From contig CASXXK010000002.1 in assembly GCA_949480205.1 (NCBI GenBank), positions 1,017-65,016 of the forward strand: DNA of 64,000 bases, read 5' to 3'. This document shows, one piece after another, positions 31,280-41,587 of the stretch (positions are counted from its first letter, which is position 1; every line of letters starts with the position of its first letter). Made by a program: the position numbers and the translations under genes. This stretch comes from an uncultured Candidatus Saccharibacteria bacterium (GTDB lineage: Bacteria; Patescibacteriota; Saccharimonadia; Saccharimonadales; Saccharimonadaceae). The notes beneath the pieces are model-generated. The model saw only the letters and a program-made list of their open reading frames with translations. It searched no databases and had not been told where the DNA came from.

Positions 31280-31349
31280 TCCAGCACTCTCTTCTCGCAA
31301 CTTCCCAAAAAGGACGCCAAAAGCGTCCTTTTTCAATGCATATAGTATG

Positions 31350-33518
31350 TTATACGCGGTTAATCACCGGAATCACAATCGGTGTATGCCCGGTCGCATC
31401 AAACAGGATATGAGTCACGTCTTCTTTAATCTCTTCCTTAAACGCCTTCATATCATCGCCAGTCAACTTTTCTGTCCGCACTCGCAGATAATGCCGAATC
31501 TTCGCCACCAATTCTTCTGAGTTATCCAAATAGATAAACGCACGGCTCACAATATCTGGAGTTTTCACTAAGCGATTATTTTTCTTACTCAGTGTCAGCA
31601 CAATCACAAAGATGCCCTCACGCGAGATATGGATCCGATCCTTCACCACTGCCTCGTGCACTGGCTTATCTGCATCGTCAAACAACTTGTTGCCCACCGG
31701 AATCCGACCATTTTTACGAATCTTCTTGTCTGGCGTCAACTCAATCACGTCACCGTCATCCGCCACCAAAATCCGATCATGCGCAATCCCAATCACATTT
31801 TCCGCCATTTCAGCATTGTGCTCCAACATATAGAATTCACCGTGATATGGCAAATAGTTTAGTGGCTTAGTACGCTCCAAAAAGTCCACGTGATCTTCAT
31901 AATAAGCATGTCCCGAAAGATGCAATGGTCCCAGATTCGTAATATGAGTTTTACCATTCTGCATCACCTGAGCGCCTTCACGCAACAAGCCATCCACTAC
32001 CCCCACCACATGCGGCTCGTTACCCGGAATCGGGTTACTCGAAAAGACAATCACATCGCTAGCCTTAATCTTGATGTATTTATGCGCACCTGTCACCATT
32101 CGGTTCAGCACAGCATTCATCTCACCCTGCGACCCAGTACATACCACCGTAATTTTATCATCGGGCAACTTCACGATGTCTTCCATTTTCATAATGGTGT
32201 TCTTAGGAATTTTAATCGCACCAGCGCGCAAAGCCACCTCAATGTTATTAATCATCGAGAAGCCGGCGAAAGCCACTTTGCGCCCGCGTTTTGCCGCCTC
32301 ATTCAAAATCAATTCAATTCGCTTAATCTGACTCGAGAAACAACTTACAATCACCCGCCCGTTCGCATAATGATCCATCACGCGACCCAAATTCTCGCCC
32401 ACGTCATATTCCGAATGCGGATGCCGCCCTGGAGAGTCAATATTTGTACTCTCATTCAACATTAAGGCAATACCTTCCTTCTTCACAATTTCGTCAATCC
32501 GCTCGTAGTCGGTCTGTGTACCCAAAGGATTATTTTCATGTCGCCAGTCGCCTGAGAGATACACCACGCCATTTGGCGTCCGCACTACAATTGCCGCATT
32601 CCCCGGAATTGAGTGCAAGGTGTGGATAAATTCAATACTAAGATGCTCACTTACCTTAATCTGTTCATGCTTAAATGGGTCCGTTGGCTGATAATTCAGC
32701 TCCGGCACGTCATCAAGTTCCGACATCTGCTTTTGAATCATACCAATCGTAAACGGCGTAGCATAAATCGGCGTCAGCGGATTAAACTTAGGCAACAAAT
32801 GTCGACACGCCCCAATGTGATCCAAGTGTGCATGCGTAAAACAAATCGCTTTAACCTTATCTTTATTGTCTTCTAGATATTGAATATCCGGCACCATATA
32901 GTTGACACCTGGATAATCCGCACCGGCAAACAATGACCCCATATCTACCAAGACGATTTCGCCCTTATATTCAATAATCGTCATATTTTTGCCAATACCA
33001 AACTCACCCACGCCACCCATCGGGATAATACGTACCGCCTCTGGGTCCGAGCGTGCTGCTTTGAGTTGCGCGGCCGTCACCTGTACGCCATTATAGCCAT
33101 TATAACGACTTTTGTTGACTGGAATCCCAATGATATGCTGCGTTGCCTGCGCATTCACATCTTGTGACAGCATCCGCTGATGGTGCACCATTTCCCCCTT
33201 ACGCACCGAAACACCCAAGCCGGCCTTCTTATTTTGCGCCGCAGAGGCTGTTTTTTGCCCCTTAGCACCGCTTTTTGGTTGAGGTGCCTTACCACCGCCC
33301 TTTCTTTGTGCAGAACCCTTAGAAAGCTTGTCCGTGGCTCTAGCAGCCACTTTGGCATGATTCTTCTTCACCAAAGCGGCATCCTTACCACCCTCCGCAA
33401 AATTTGAGTTAAACCGCCGATTCTGCGCCTCCTCAAACTGTTTTTTGATATCCGGTAAGCGTTCATCACGCATTTTCATCAAGCGTGCACGACGCTCACT
33501 TTCTTGCTTATTAACCAT
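31350..33518 (-). CDS. rnj: Ribonuclease J with long basic N-terminal extension
   Basis: GGVGEFGIGKN, THAHLDHIG, HSIP, GSQGE, HLSGH. Confidence 0.95.
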   Translation of the reverse strand: MVNKQESERRARLMKMRDERLPDIKKQFEEAQNRRFNSNFAEGGKDAALVKKNHAKVAARATDKLSKGSAQRKGGGKAPQPKSGAKGQKTASAAQNKKAGLGVSVRKGEMVHHQRMLSQDVNAQATQHIIGIPVNKSRYNGYNGVQVTAAQLKAARSDPEAVRIIPMGGVGEFGIGKNMTIIEYKGEIVLVDMGSLFAGADYPGVNYMVPDIQYLEDNKDKVKAICFTHAHLDHIGACRHLLPKFNPLTPIYATPFTIGMIQKQMSELDDVPELNYQPTDPFKHEQIKVSEHLSIEFIHTLHSIPGNAAIVVRTPNGVVYLSGDWRHENNPLGTQTDYERIDEIVKKEGIALMLNESTNIDSPGRHPHSEYDVGENLGRVMDHYANGRVIVSCFSSQIKRIELILNEAAKRGRKVAFAGFSMINNIEVALRAGAIKIPKNTIMKMEDIVKLPDDKITVVCTGSQGEMNAVLNRMVTGAHKYIKIKASDVIVFSSNPIPGNEPHVVGVVDGLLREGAQVMQNGKTHITNLGPLHLSGHAYYEDHVDFLERTKPLNYLPYHGEFYMLEHNAEMAENVIGIAHDRILVADDGDVIELTPDKKIRKNGRIPVGNKLFDDADKPVHEAVVKDRIHISREGIFVIVLTLSKKNNRLVKTPDIVSRAFIYLDNSEELVAKIRHYLRVRTEKLTGDDMKAFKEEIKEDVTHILFDATGHTPIVIPVINRV

Positions 33519-33623
33519 ATTTCCTTTTCCGTTAATTTAACCCCCGAAGTTCTTCTAGATACCTCTATTATAGCAAAAATCCGCCAAATCACAAGGTTTT
33601 TCTGCCAAAATCCGCTTTATCTA

Positions 33624-33652
33624 TTGACTTTTTGGCAAATCTATGATACAAT
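33624..33652 (+). promoter_or_regulatory. Accessory-type strong sigma70 promoter
   Basis: TTGACTttttggcaaatctatgaTACAAT, near-identical to 28585. Confidence 0.8.
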
Positions 33653-33723
33653 AGAAAGAGTAGTTAACGATTTTACCCCCATTACGCACCTTAATAATTC
33701 GCCATCGAAAGGAGAACTTCGCG

Positions 33724-34374
33724 ATGAAGAAAATTAGCTATTTTTGGAACAAAATCATCGACTCTATTTTTGCCTGCATTTCTATCATTCTTGCGCTCAT
33801 TTTGATCCTCTTCTGCACATATCCGCTGTCTATCATATTTAGTTGGATAATCAACGATAATCAAGAAATCGGCCTTACCGCAGTCTACTTCAATACAATG
33901 TTGGTCTTAATCATCATCAATCTCGCTATATACATAGCAACTCATACTCCAAGTCTATTAATCAAAATTATCTTAGAGTGTGATAACGACGAGGATCTTG
34001 CTAATTATCCTATTTTCTACCACTTAGCTTACCTCAACCCACAAGCCCAATCCCACCAACAAATCCTCAAAGCAATACCAACTCACAAGAAAGCTTATAT
34101 GGTTGGTATCATTTTTACCTATAACGAAATCAGGCAGATGTTTGACTACATGAAGGCTAATCGCTCCAAATATTATGAAGTCCCCAAAGGCTTCCTCCTG
34201 CCCGATGGCGTTTCCGCGTTGCAGCCGCGAATTTTTCTCCGCGATGCCCGCGAAATCTTCTCCCAAATGAGAGTTGGTCAGTCTGTAGTGTTAGTCTACA
34301 CCTTCTATCATCCGCGCCAGTCACAAATCCGGCGTCATGACGAAGTTATACTAATCACTGCCCATCTCAACTAA
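33724..34374 (+). CDS. Hypothetical membrane protein (accessory)
   Basis: Two N-terminal TMs, SD AAGGAG, hairpin at 34393-34411. Confidence 0.7.
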   Translation: MKKISYFWNKIIDSIFACISIILALILILFCTYPLSIIFSWIINDNQEIGLTAVYFNTMLVLIIINLAIYIATHTPSLLIKIILECDNDEDLANYPIFYHLAYLNPQAQSHQQILKAIPTHKKAYMVGIIFTYNEIRQMFDYMKANRSKYYEVPKGFLLPDGVSALQPRIFLRDAREIFSQMRVGQSVVLVYTFYHPRQSQIRRHDEVILITAHLN

Positions 34375-34417
34375 AATGTGCGTTAGCTACTAACCCCGGC
34401 CAGGCCGGGGTAATTTT

Positions 34418-35266
34418 TTAGAATTTTTCTAACAACGCCCTAAATTCTTCGTCATTCTTCGCACTAAACGTCACACTACGCCCACGCACGCGCACTTCAG
34501 CATCATATTTCTTACACAACTTAGCCTCTTCTTTCATGTAAGGCACATTTTTGGTTGCCACCACAGCGCTCTTCTTTTTGTGATCCGCAATGTAGCGCTC
34601 CACTCGCCGTGCCGACCAACCTTCTTCGATCATCTTGGGTAAAATTTCGTGCACTATCTCTGGGTCCGCCGAAATCAATGGACGCATCGGACCTTCCATC
34701 AAGTTATGCTCTTGCATCGCTTTCTTGGCTTCTTCAGGCAATTTTAGGAGCCGCATCGTATTCACGATGCTTCCAGCGCTCTTCCCCACGCGCTTTGCAA
34801 TTTCTTCATTGGAAAGATTAAACTGATTTTTGAGCTTGGCATAACCCGTCGCAATCTCAATCGCATTCAAGTCTACCCGCTGCATATTTTCAATCAAAGC
34901 CAGCTCTAGCTTATTCTGTGCATCCATCGTACGCACAATCGCCGGAATTTTTGTGAGTCCGGCCAATTTTGACGCTCGCCACCGCCGTTCACCCGCCACA
35001 ATCTGGTATTTATCCCCCACCTTCACCACCATAATTGGCGACATCACCCCATGTTCTTTGATTGAAGCCGCCAGTTCTTCTAGACTCTCTTTAGTGAAAT
35101 TCTTCCGTGGCTGCTCTTCATCGCGCACCACCTCGTCCAAATCCAACTCCACCAGCTGGCTCATCTTAGCATCTTCTTGGCTTGTCGGGTCGAACGCCTC
35201 TTCTACCAAATCTGTTGGAATCAGGCTCTCAAAGCCTCGTCCCAGCCCCATTGCTTTTCTTGCCAT
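34418..35266 (-). CDS. parB: ParB/Spo0J partition protein
   Basis: GLGRGF, QPRK, IVAGERRWRA, ENMQRVDL, HTH. Confidence 0.95.
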   Translation of the reverse strand: MARKAMGLGRGFESLIPTDLVEEAFDPTSQEDAKMSQLVELDLDEVVRDEEQPRKNFTKESLEELAASIKEHGVMSPIMVVKVGDKYQIVAGERRWRASKLAGLTKIPAIVRTMDAQNKLELALIENMQRVDLNAIEIATGYAKLKNQFNLSNEEIAKRVGKSAGSIVNTMRLLKLPEEAKKAMQEHNLMEGPMRPLISADPEIVHEILPKMIEEGWSARRVERYIADHKKKSAVVATKNVPYMKEEAKLCKKYDAEVRVRGRSVTFSAKNDEEFRALLEKF

Positions 35267-36033
35267 TAATTCCCTGTCCTTTCCTCGACTTCCCGCGCGA
35301 AGTCTTTATAGGCCTTAGCCCCTTTACTAAACTTATCATATGCCCCCACCGGCACCCCGTGGCTCGGCGCCTCAGCCACGCGCACATTCCGCGGAATACT
35401 CGTCCGGAACACTTTTTCTTTGAAATATTTTTTCACCTCCGCCAACACCTCTGCTGACAGTGAAGTCCGCTTGTCATACATCGTCGCAAGCACACCCAAC
35501 AACTTCAAATCTGGGTTCATGGCCTTCTTGACCATTGCCATACTCTCTAGCAACTGCGCCACACCTTCTAGTGCGTAGAATTCCGTCTGTACTGGCAATA
35601 CTAAATAATCCGCCGCAATCATACCATTCACTGTCAGAAGTGACAAACTCGGTGGCGAATCAATAATCACATAGTCATAATCATCCGCTACAGTCGCAAT
35701 TGCCTTCTTCAGCACGGCAAATTTTTGTTTCATACCGGCCATCTCCACTTCAGCATTAGCCAATTGTGGCGTCGTCGGTGCCAAATCAAAGTTTTTAAAC
35801 GCCGTGCGTTGAATAATATCCTTAAATTTCGCTGCGCCCAGCATGACCTCTGTCATACTCATCTCAAGTCCGGTTTTGTCCAACCCCAACCCGCTCGAAG
35901 CATTTCCTTGCGGGTCCACATCCACCAGCAACACCCGAAACTTATCTTTTGCCAAGAAATACGCCAAGTTTACCGACGTTGTCGTCTTGCCGACACCACC
36001 CTTTTGGTTCGTAATACAAATCACCTTAGCCAT
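35266..36033 (-). CDS. parA: ParA/Soj ATPase
   Basis: NQKGGVGKTT, DPQGNAS, IDSPPSL, IPRNVRVAEAPSHG. Confidence 0.96.
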   Translation of the reverse strand: MAKVICITNQKGGVGKTTTSVNLAYFLAKDKFRVLLVDVDPQGNASSGLGLDKTGLEMSMTEVMLGAAKFKDIIQRTAFKNFDLAPTTPQLANAEVEMAGMKQKFAVLKKAIATVADDYDYVIIDSPPSLSLLTVNGMIAADYLVLPVQTEFYALEGVAQLLESMAMVKKAMNPDLKLLGVLATMYDKRTSLSAEVLAEVKKYFKEKVFRTSIPRNVRVAEAPSHGVPVGAYDKFSKGAKAYKDFAREVEERTGN

Positions 36034-36058
36034 AACTACTTTCAATTATATCACAAGT

Positions 36059-37726
36059 CTAGTGCAAATAATACACCCCACACGTATTAACCCCCTGGAC
36101 ATAATCCACTTGATCTAATCCTGTCGCCTGCCGTACAGCTGTCAGCGCTTTTTCTTGATCTTGACTCGTACTTATAAAAACAAACAGCCCACGACTCAAA
36201 TCTTTATTAACAAGAATCTCTTTTACGTCTTGCGCTGTTGGATTTAGCAAATCCAATGCTAAATAAGATTCCCGAGCTTCCGCAAACGGCAAAATATTAT
36301 CCAAAAATCGATTATTTTCGGTAGTGATAAAATATAAGATTGGTGCTTCTGGATTCTCGGTCACTGCTGTCATCACGGCTTGACGATCACGATATAACAA
36401 CTCCATACGCATCCACCCCAAACCAATCTGCACTGGCGCTGCCAGTAAAGTTACCAACACGACCGCCGTCATTACGATGTTACACCACTTTTCTATCAGA
36501 ATATCCTTCAATACACAATACAACCCATAAAATGCCAACGCAAAGATCAGCCCACACACCGGCATAATATAGCGCAACTCCATGTATGGCGAAGCCACCG
36601 CTGCCAGCACAAAATATACCACCGTCGGCCACAGCACTAAGTTTAATACTTGTAGCTGCGCCCGTGGCGCTTTGTAAATTGTCTTCGAATTCGGTGACAC
36701 TCTCAAAATCGAATCCCTCGCTGCGCTCGGGCCGTGATTTTGACCCGTGTCAGCCGCCAGATAATTCTCAAACAACTTGTAAAGCACCACCATCACAACT
36801 ACCAATATCAAAAGGATTAGCGCACGATGGAACACATTATAATCTGCAATCAATAAGTATTCCCACAGATGCTCAAACAACACTGGCAAGTTGACCAAAT
36901 TGTTTAGCACGCCTTGTCCACGATAACCAAAAAACATATGTTGTAGAATATGCGGCCAGATTATTAGCACCAACGCTCCAGCAATCGCCAAACTGCCCAG
37001 ATATTTTGCCAAATCCCGCCAATTCTTCTGCCTCACATCTTGCACCATCACCACCAAAGCCAATCCCATCAAAAAGAACAAATAATAATATTGCGTCAAC
37101 ACGCCCAATACCGCCACCACACCAATCGCGGCATACCAGCCCATTCCGGGGTTCGCCTGTTCCCGCCACTTCAAGTGTAACCACAACGTCGCAAGCACCA
37201 TCAACTCCAGCAAAGCATACATTCGAATATAGACCACAGTGCTTACACCGGCTACCGTCAATCCTGCCGCCAACGCCAGCGCCAGTGCCTTCCGCTCAGT
37301 ATTCTTTTCCTTCGTCAACAGTTTGCACAAAATCAAATACAAAAACACTGTACATCCCGCCATAATCACGATGTTCAAAATTATCCCCGGCCATTTAGAA
37401 AATTGCCCCGGCGTTAACTCCATCACTCCGCGCAATAATAAGTAATACAACGGTGGATGAACGTCATTTTTCTGATTTTCATACACTGGCCGCCAATCAC
37501 CCTGGTCTTTTTCTTGCACCGCCAGATAATCTTGATAATATTCGCTCGTATGCCAAGTATTATAAAAATCCGCATTCGCCGTAATATCGATTTTATCATA
37601 CTGTGCCAAAGCTAGCGAATATGCCTCATCCATATGGATATAAGCTTTATTAGCACCTGCCACTAAATAAACTGTTGTTTGCACAACAATAGCCAGCACC
37701 AGACCTAACTTTATCCTCCGCGTCAT
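36059..37726 (-). CDS. GT-C (PMT-like) membrane glycosyltransferase
   Basis: DEAYS, DVHPPLYY, RMY, ERY-like motifs, many TMs. Confidence 0.8.
   Translation of the reverse strand: MTRRIKLGLVLAIVVQTTVYLVAGANKAYIHMDEAYSLALAQYDKIDITANADFYNTWHTSEYYQDYLAVQEKDQGDWRPVYENQKNDVHPPLYYLLLRGVMELTPGQFSKWPGIILNIVIMAGCTVFLYLILCKLLTKEKNTERKALALALAAGLTVAGVSTVVYIRMYALLELMVLATLWLHLKWREQANPGMGWYAAIGVVAVLGVLTQYYYLFFLMGLALVVMVQDVRQKNWRDLAKYLGSLAIAGALVLIIWPHILQHMFFGYRGQGVLNNLVNLPVLFEHLWEYLLIADYNVFHRALILLILVVVMVVLYKLFENYLAADTGQNHGPSAARDSILRVSPNSKTIYKAPRAQLQVLNLVLWPTVVYFVLAAVASPYMELRYIMPVCGLIFALAFYGLYCVLKDILIEKWCNIVMTAVVLVTLLAAPVQIGLGWMRMELLYRDRQAVMTAVTENPEAPILYFITTENNRFLDNILPFAEARESYLALDLLNPTAQDVKEILVNKDLSRGLFVFISTSQDQEKALTAVRQATGLDQVDYVQGVNTCGVYYLH
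36669..36785. repeat. Palindromic element in-frame within the GT-C gene
   Basis: tgacac..tcaaaatc / gattttga..gtgtca arms around ccctcgctgcgctcggg. Confidence 0.7.
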
Positions 37727-37777
37727 TAAGTTAATTATATCATAGGCCTGCGGCCTAGAAATAATTGCGTCGCTTCA

Positions 37778-37803
37778 GAAAAATTATGCAAGCATAATTT
37801 TTC
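37778..37803. repeat. Short palindrome
   Basis: gaaaaattatgc-aa-gcataatttttc. Confidence 0.7.
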
Positions 37804-37840
37804 GTTCAGGCTCCTGATTATATCATGTGCATAGCATCTA

Positions 37841-37960
37841 GGAATATTTCTCTCGGAACTAGTGCTAGGAAAGAGTGAGCACCGCAAAGGAGACGTACTT
37901 AGCGTACGTCTCCTGCGAAGCGGAACTCTTGACAACGCAATAGTCCGAGAGAAATATTCC
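37841..37960. repeat. 120-bp palindromic element abutting the rplU stop
   Basis: 17-bp perfect terminal IR ggaatatttctctcgga; inner aggagacgtac/gtacgtctcct. Confidence 0.9.
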
Positions 37961-38269
37961 TTATCCAATCTTTTCGATTTGAATCAAACTATACTTCTGG
38001 CGATGTCCAGTCTCTTTGTGGACACGTTTCTTGGAGTGGTAGCGAATCACGCGGATTTTATCTCCAGCAACCTTCTCTTCTACCACTTTTGCCGAAACTT
38101 TTACGCCCTTCACTTCTGGCGCACCAACACTAACTTTGTCGCCATCGATTACAAGCAAAGCACCAGTTTCGAGCTCTTTTGTGCCTGCCGGGAGGAGGTC
38201 CACCCGTAGGGTCTCTTTCTCTTCGACTAGGTATTGCTTCCCGCCGATGAGTACAACTGCTTTCTTCAT
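37961..38269 (-). CDS. rplU: 50S ribosomal protein L21
   Basis: GGKQY, VGAP, GHRQ. Confidence 0.95.
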   Translation of the reverse strand: MKKAVVLIGGKQYLVEEKETLRVDLLPAGTKELETGALLVIDGDKVSVGAPEVKGVKVSAKVVEEKVAGDKIRVIRYHSKKRVHKETGHRQKYSLIQIEKIG

Positions 38270-38332
38270 AATTTTCCCTTAAAATTATTATCTTTCGTCA
38301 TTTTAGCATACTTTTACACAAAAGACAAGCCA

Positions 38333-38393
38333 AAAGATAGGGATATTCACATCCCTATCTTTCTATTGTATCACAGCTTATCTAAAAAGTCAA
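38333..38393 (-). promoter_or_regulatory. Accessory-type promoter immediately followed by a terminator (no ORF)
   Basis: TTGACT-17-TACAAT (38365-38393), then aaagatagggat-gtgaat-atccctatctttt. Confidence 0.7.
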
Positions 38394-38405
38394 TACTATT
38401 TATGC

Positions 38406-39326
38406 TTATTTCTTGCCCTTAGCACGTTTTGTCACCTTTTTCACGGCTTTATGTGTCTTGTACCAATAGAATCCGCCCGCCGCAATCGCTAGTACTACTA
38501 CCACTGCTAGCATTACTTCAGCCGGACCAGTCGTCGGCAGCTCCTCCGGCACTTCCGGATTTGGTGTTGGCTCTGGGGTAGGTTCTGGTTCTGGTTCCGG
38601 ATCCGGAGTAGGATCTGGGTCTGGGGTGGGCTCTGGTTCGGGTTCGGGATCTGGATCCACTGCTACACCGGTCGTATGGATTCGATAATATACTTGCCCG
38701 GCATATTCATCACAACCTGGCACCAAACCGTTCAAATTATTAGTACCCAGCAATACACCCTCGTTCGTAAACAAAGCTTTGCTCAATAAAGTCCCGTCTG
38801 TTTTCTTCTGATTCCTAATCACTGCCGACCCCTCGATGTAGCTCAAAGTTACCGCTTCCCTTGCCGTGATATAAGCCTCATCCCACACCGTTGCCGGGTC
38901 AGTATTAGAAGTAGTAATTACACCATCAATCTTACCACGTTCGCCTTTATCAAGCTTTTCTGGGAAGAAAGACATCATCCGCACATTTTCTGCAAAACCC
39001 ACTCGATTATGTGCCGTATCGTTAAACGTCGCTGAAGCATCATTATGGTAATAAATCATCACGATATAATCTTTATCGGGCTCCACAATCAGCTCGCTTG
39101 TGAAGGGTTTACCCGAATCCACCTCGGCAATCCGCACAAAATCCCGCTCATCACCAATCGCAGCATTATCCGTAATAGAGTTGAACACCGCCTTCTCGGC
39201 TGGCTTCGCCATGGTATAAGTTGGGCGTTCTGGGCCCCAAGCATTGGCCGCAACTCCATTTAGCGCCAGACCTAGCGACATCACCGCGGCCGCCACCCCC
39301 AGTAACCATTGTTTTGTTTTTTTCAT
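38406..39326 (-). CDS. LPXTG-anchored surface protein with Pro/Glu stalk
   Basis: Signal peptide, (PE/PD/PT)n repeats, LPTTG + TM + Lys tail. Confidence 0.85.
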   Translation of the reverse strand: MKKTKQWLLGVAAAVMSLGLALNGVAANAWGPERPTYTMAKPAEKAVFNSITDNAAIGDERDFVRIAEVDSGKPFTSELIVEPDKDYIVMIYYHNDASATFNDTAHNRVGFAENVRMMSFFPEKLDKGERGKIDGVITTSNTDPATVWDEAYITAREAVTLSYIEGSAVIRNQKKTDGTLLSKALFTNEGVLLGTNNLNGLVPGCDEYAGQVYYRIHTTGVAVDPDPEPEPEPTPDPDPTPDPEPEPEPTPEPTPNPEVPEELPTTGPAEVMLAVVVVLAIAAGGFYWYKTHKAVKKVTKRAKGKK

Positions 39327-39342
39327 ATTTGTCTCCTTATTT

Positions 39343-41235
39343 TTATAATGCGTCGGCATAGTCCGATTCCGTATAAGTCTGCTGCGCTGGCGGAGTCCCT
39401 ACCCCTTCTGCTGGACCGCCTTCCGCTTCACCAGACGCCGCCTCAGCCTCATTTTGTGACACTTGTTCGCCTTGTGGTTCCTGTATGTCTTGACGTTGTT
39501 CTAGTGGATTTCCCGTTACCGCACCTACTGGCGTTGTAATGCCACTTTCTACCTCTACGGTACCCTTTTCGTCAGTGACACTCGTAACTTGACCATTCTC
39601 ATCCGCTGTTACCGTTGTGCCGTCGTTCACTACATAACCTGGCACGTATTCACCACCTTGCCCTGGTACCACCGTAGCTTCTGGTACCACATTCGGAGTT
39701 TGAGTAACGGGGTTATTGACGCCCTCTTCCTGCAGGTTATCTTGCACGTTTTGTATCAATTTATCAGCGTCTTTTGGCTTCACTTGCTCATCCGGCACAA
39801 TAGGAATAGTCGGAACCTCAGGAGTCTCAGGGGTTTTAGGGGTCTCAGGAGTTTTAGGAGTTTCAGGAGTCCCTTTCTGCTCATCAGAACTATTATCGTC
39901 TTCTAAGACTGGGAGATCCCGCTTAATTTCTTCATTAGTAATTTTATTAATCACCACAACTGGTCCAGTCAGTTGTCCACCACAACCCATATTGCCAGTA
40001 GCGCCAGTTACACCGCCGTCGCCACCAGCAGTACCTCCAGCACTATCTTCATGTGTCACCCACATCGTCACCTGGATCGCCGCATCACGCTCAATACGAG
40101 GCTGTCCTACCAAGGTTGCATTATCAACATTGATTCCACCGCCACCTTTGGCCATCTCATACATCGTCCAATCTGTACCAGTGCGTTCGTTCACCTCAAA
40201 TTCTGTCGTCTCCGCTTTCAAAGCCACATACATTGCACCCAAAACTTTTTCATCCGTATCGCCACCTTCAGTACGTACCCAATTCCATACCGCCTGCGCC
40301 CGTTCGCCATAGCTCGGGATGTTTCGAATCTCCTCTGGCACATTCAAAGCTTCCATAGCTGGTTCTAAGACTGAAATATATGACGCCGCTACGGCCGGGT
40401 TATTAGCAAACTTCGTCATCATTTCATCAATATATAAGCTCCGATCCCCGTTCTGTAGAGCCATCGTAGCTTCTTCACTAATCCCAGTGCCAAATGCTAG
40501 CTTACTCGACTTATTTGCAATGTCATTATAATCGCTCCAGTTAGCCTCAACTCCATTTTCAGAAACTTCATAACCCTCGCCAGTGTCCAACCATCGCTCT
40601 TGTGCTGCTTCGCCAATCTCTGCCAAATCATAGTTCTCATAATTTGCATTTTCGTATTCCGCATCCAGAATCGACGCTTCTTCCTCCAAAGTCTCGGGTA
40701 TAATGCCGTCCTCTGGGTCAGCAATCTTAATCGCATCGCCCGCGTTTTCAATCGGAGCTGGATTTGCCAATGCTATATTACTACCATCACGCGAAAGCGC
40801 CCGCGCACCAAAGAAGATCGCTCCAACAACAACTACCATTGCAGTACCCCTCAAAAATATCTTTAACCTTCTTTTTAGCTTCTCACGTTTTTCTTGCAGC
40901 AAAAGCTCCCCCTCAGAATTCTCAACTTGTCCCGCTCGCGCGCTCATCGCATCCAGCAATGTCGAAAAATCATCCCCAGGCTGATATTCTTGCAATAACT
41001 GCTCTTTGGTTTCTGGTGACAAGTCGGCGGCTTCTACTAGCCGACCAAAAGCTTCAGGTGTGCGATTTTCTTCACGCTCACCTAATTTACGAATTGATTC
41101 CGAAACTCTGTTTAACGTTTCGGAATCAATATTATATTGCTCCGTCTCATCAATCGCAGCTCGCCCCAATTTCTGATTCAAATCTCTTGAATTTTCCGCA
41201 ACTTCGCCACCGCCAAGCTTGTTATGATTCCTCAT
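39343..41235 (-). CDS. Acidic single-TM hypothetical protein with PETPKT repeats
   Basis: 630-aa ORF, TM near residues 125-145, tandem TPETPK repeats. Confidence 0.75.
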   Translation of the reverse strand: MRNHNKLGGGEVAENSRDLNQKLGRAAIDETEQYNIDSETLNRVSESIRKLGEREENRTPEAFGRLVEAADLSPETKEQLLQEYQPGDDFSTLLDAMSARAGQVENSEGELLLQEKREKLKRRLKIFLRGTAMVVVVGAIFFGARALSRDGSNIALANPAPIENAGDAIKIADPEDGIIPETLEEEASILDAEYENANYENYDLAEIGEAAQERWLDTGEGYEVSENGVEANWSDYNDIANKSSKLAFGTGISEEATMALQNGDRSLYIDEMMTKFANNPAVAASYISVLEPAMEALNVPEEIRNIPSYGERAQAVWNWVRTEGGDTDEKVLGAMYVALKAETTEFEVNERTGTDWTMYEMAKGGGGINVDNATLVGQPRIERDAAIQVTMWVTHEDSAGGTAGGDGGVTGATGNMGCGGQLTGPVVVINKITNEEIKRDLPVLEDDNSSDEQKGTPETPKTPETPKTPETPEVPTIPIVPDEQVKPKDADKLIQNVQDNLQEEGVNNPVTQTPNVVPEATVVPGQGGEYVPGYVVNDGTTVTADENGQVTSVTDEKGTVEVESGITTPVGAVTGNPLEQRQDIQEPQGEQVSQNEAEAASGEAEGGPAEGVGTPPAQQTYTESDYADAL

Positions 41236-41531
41236 TACTCCTGCCCTTCCTGTTCTGCCACCAATTCTTGCTCAATCTCAGTCAAAGCTTTTTCCATCAA
41301 TGGTTTATAATCTACGCCTGCCGTCAAGAAAAACTGCTGAACTTCGATATCCGACATTCCACTTTCCGAACGCCGATTCAACTCTTCTAACTGTTCCAGT
41401 GACAACACATCCAACAAAACATCTTTTAGCCGATCTTCCACCAACGCATACAGTTCCTCCTGTTCGTCTGGCGCAATCGTTGTTCCCACCTGTTTTTCTA
41501 CAAACTGTTTAATAATATTTGTTTCTGGCAT
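41235..41531 (-). CDS. Divergent DUF5663-like protein
   Basis: Resembles 63424..63717 (E.R...L..L+.EQ+.E). Confidence 0.55.
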   Translation of the reverse strand: MPETNIIKQFVEKQVGTTIAPDEQEELYALVEDRLKDVLLDVLSLEQLEELNRRSESGMSDIEVQQFFLTAGVDYKPLMEKALTEIEQELVAEQEGQE

Positions 41532-41587
41532 GAAATACCTTTCTACATGACTTCTTTGCTTCAGTCTAGCACAAGCTTTTTGCTACG

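Noticed and set aside
38555-39870. Tandem repeats as a CRISPR array or VNTR element
   Set aside because: They are coding Pro/Glu/Thr stalk repeats with no spacer-repeat alternation. No CRISPR array was seen anywhere.
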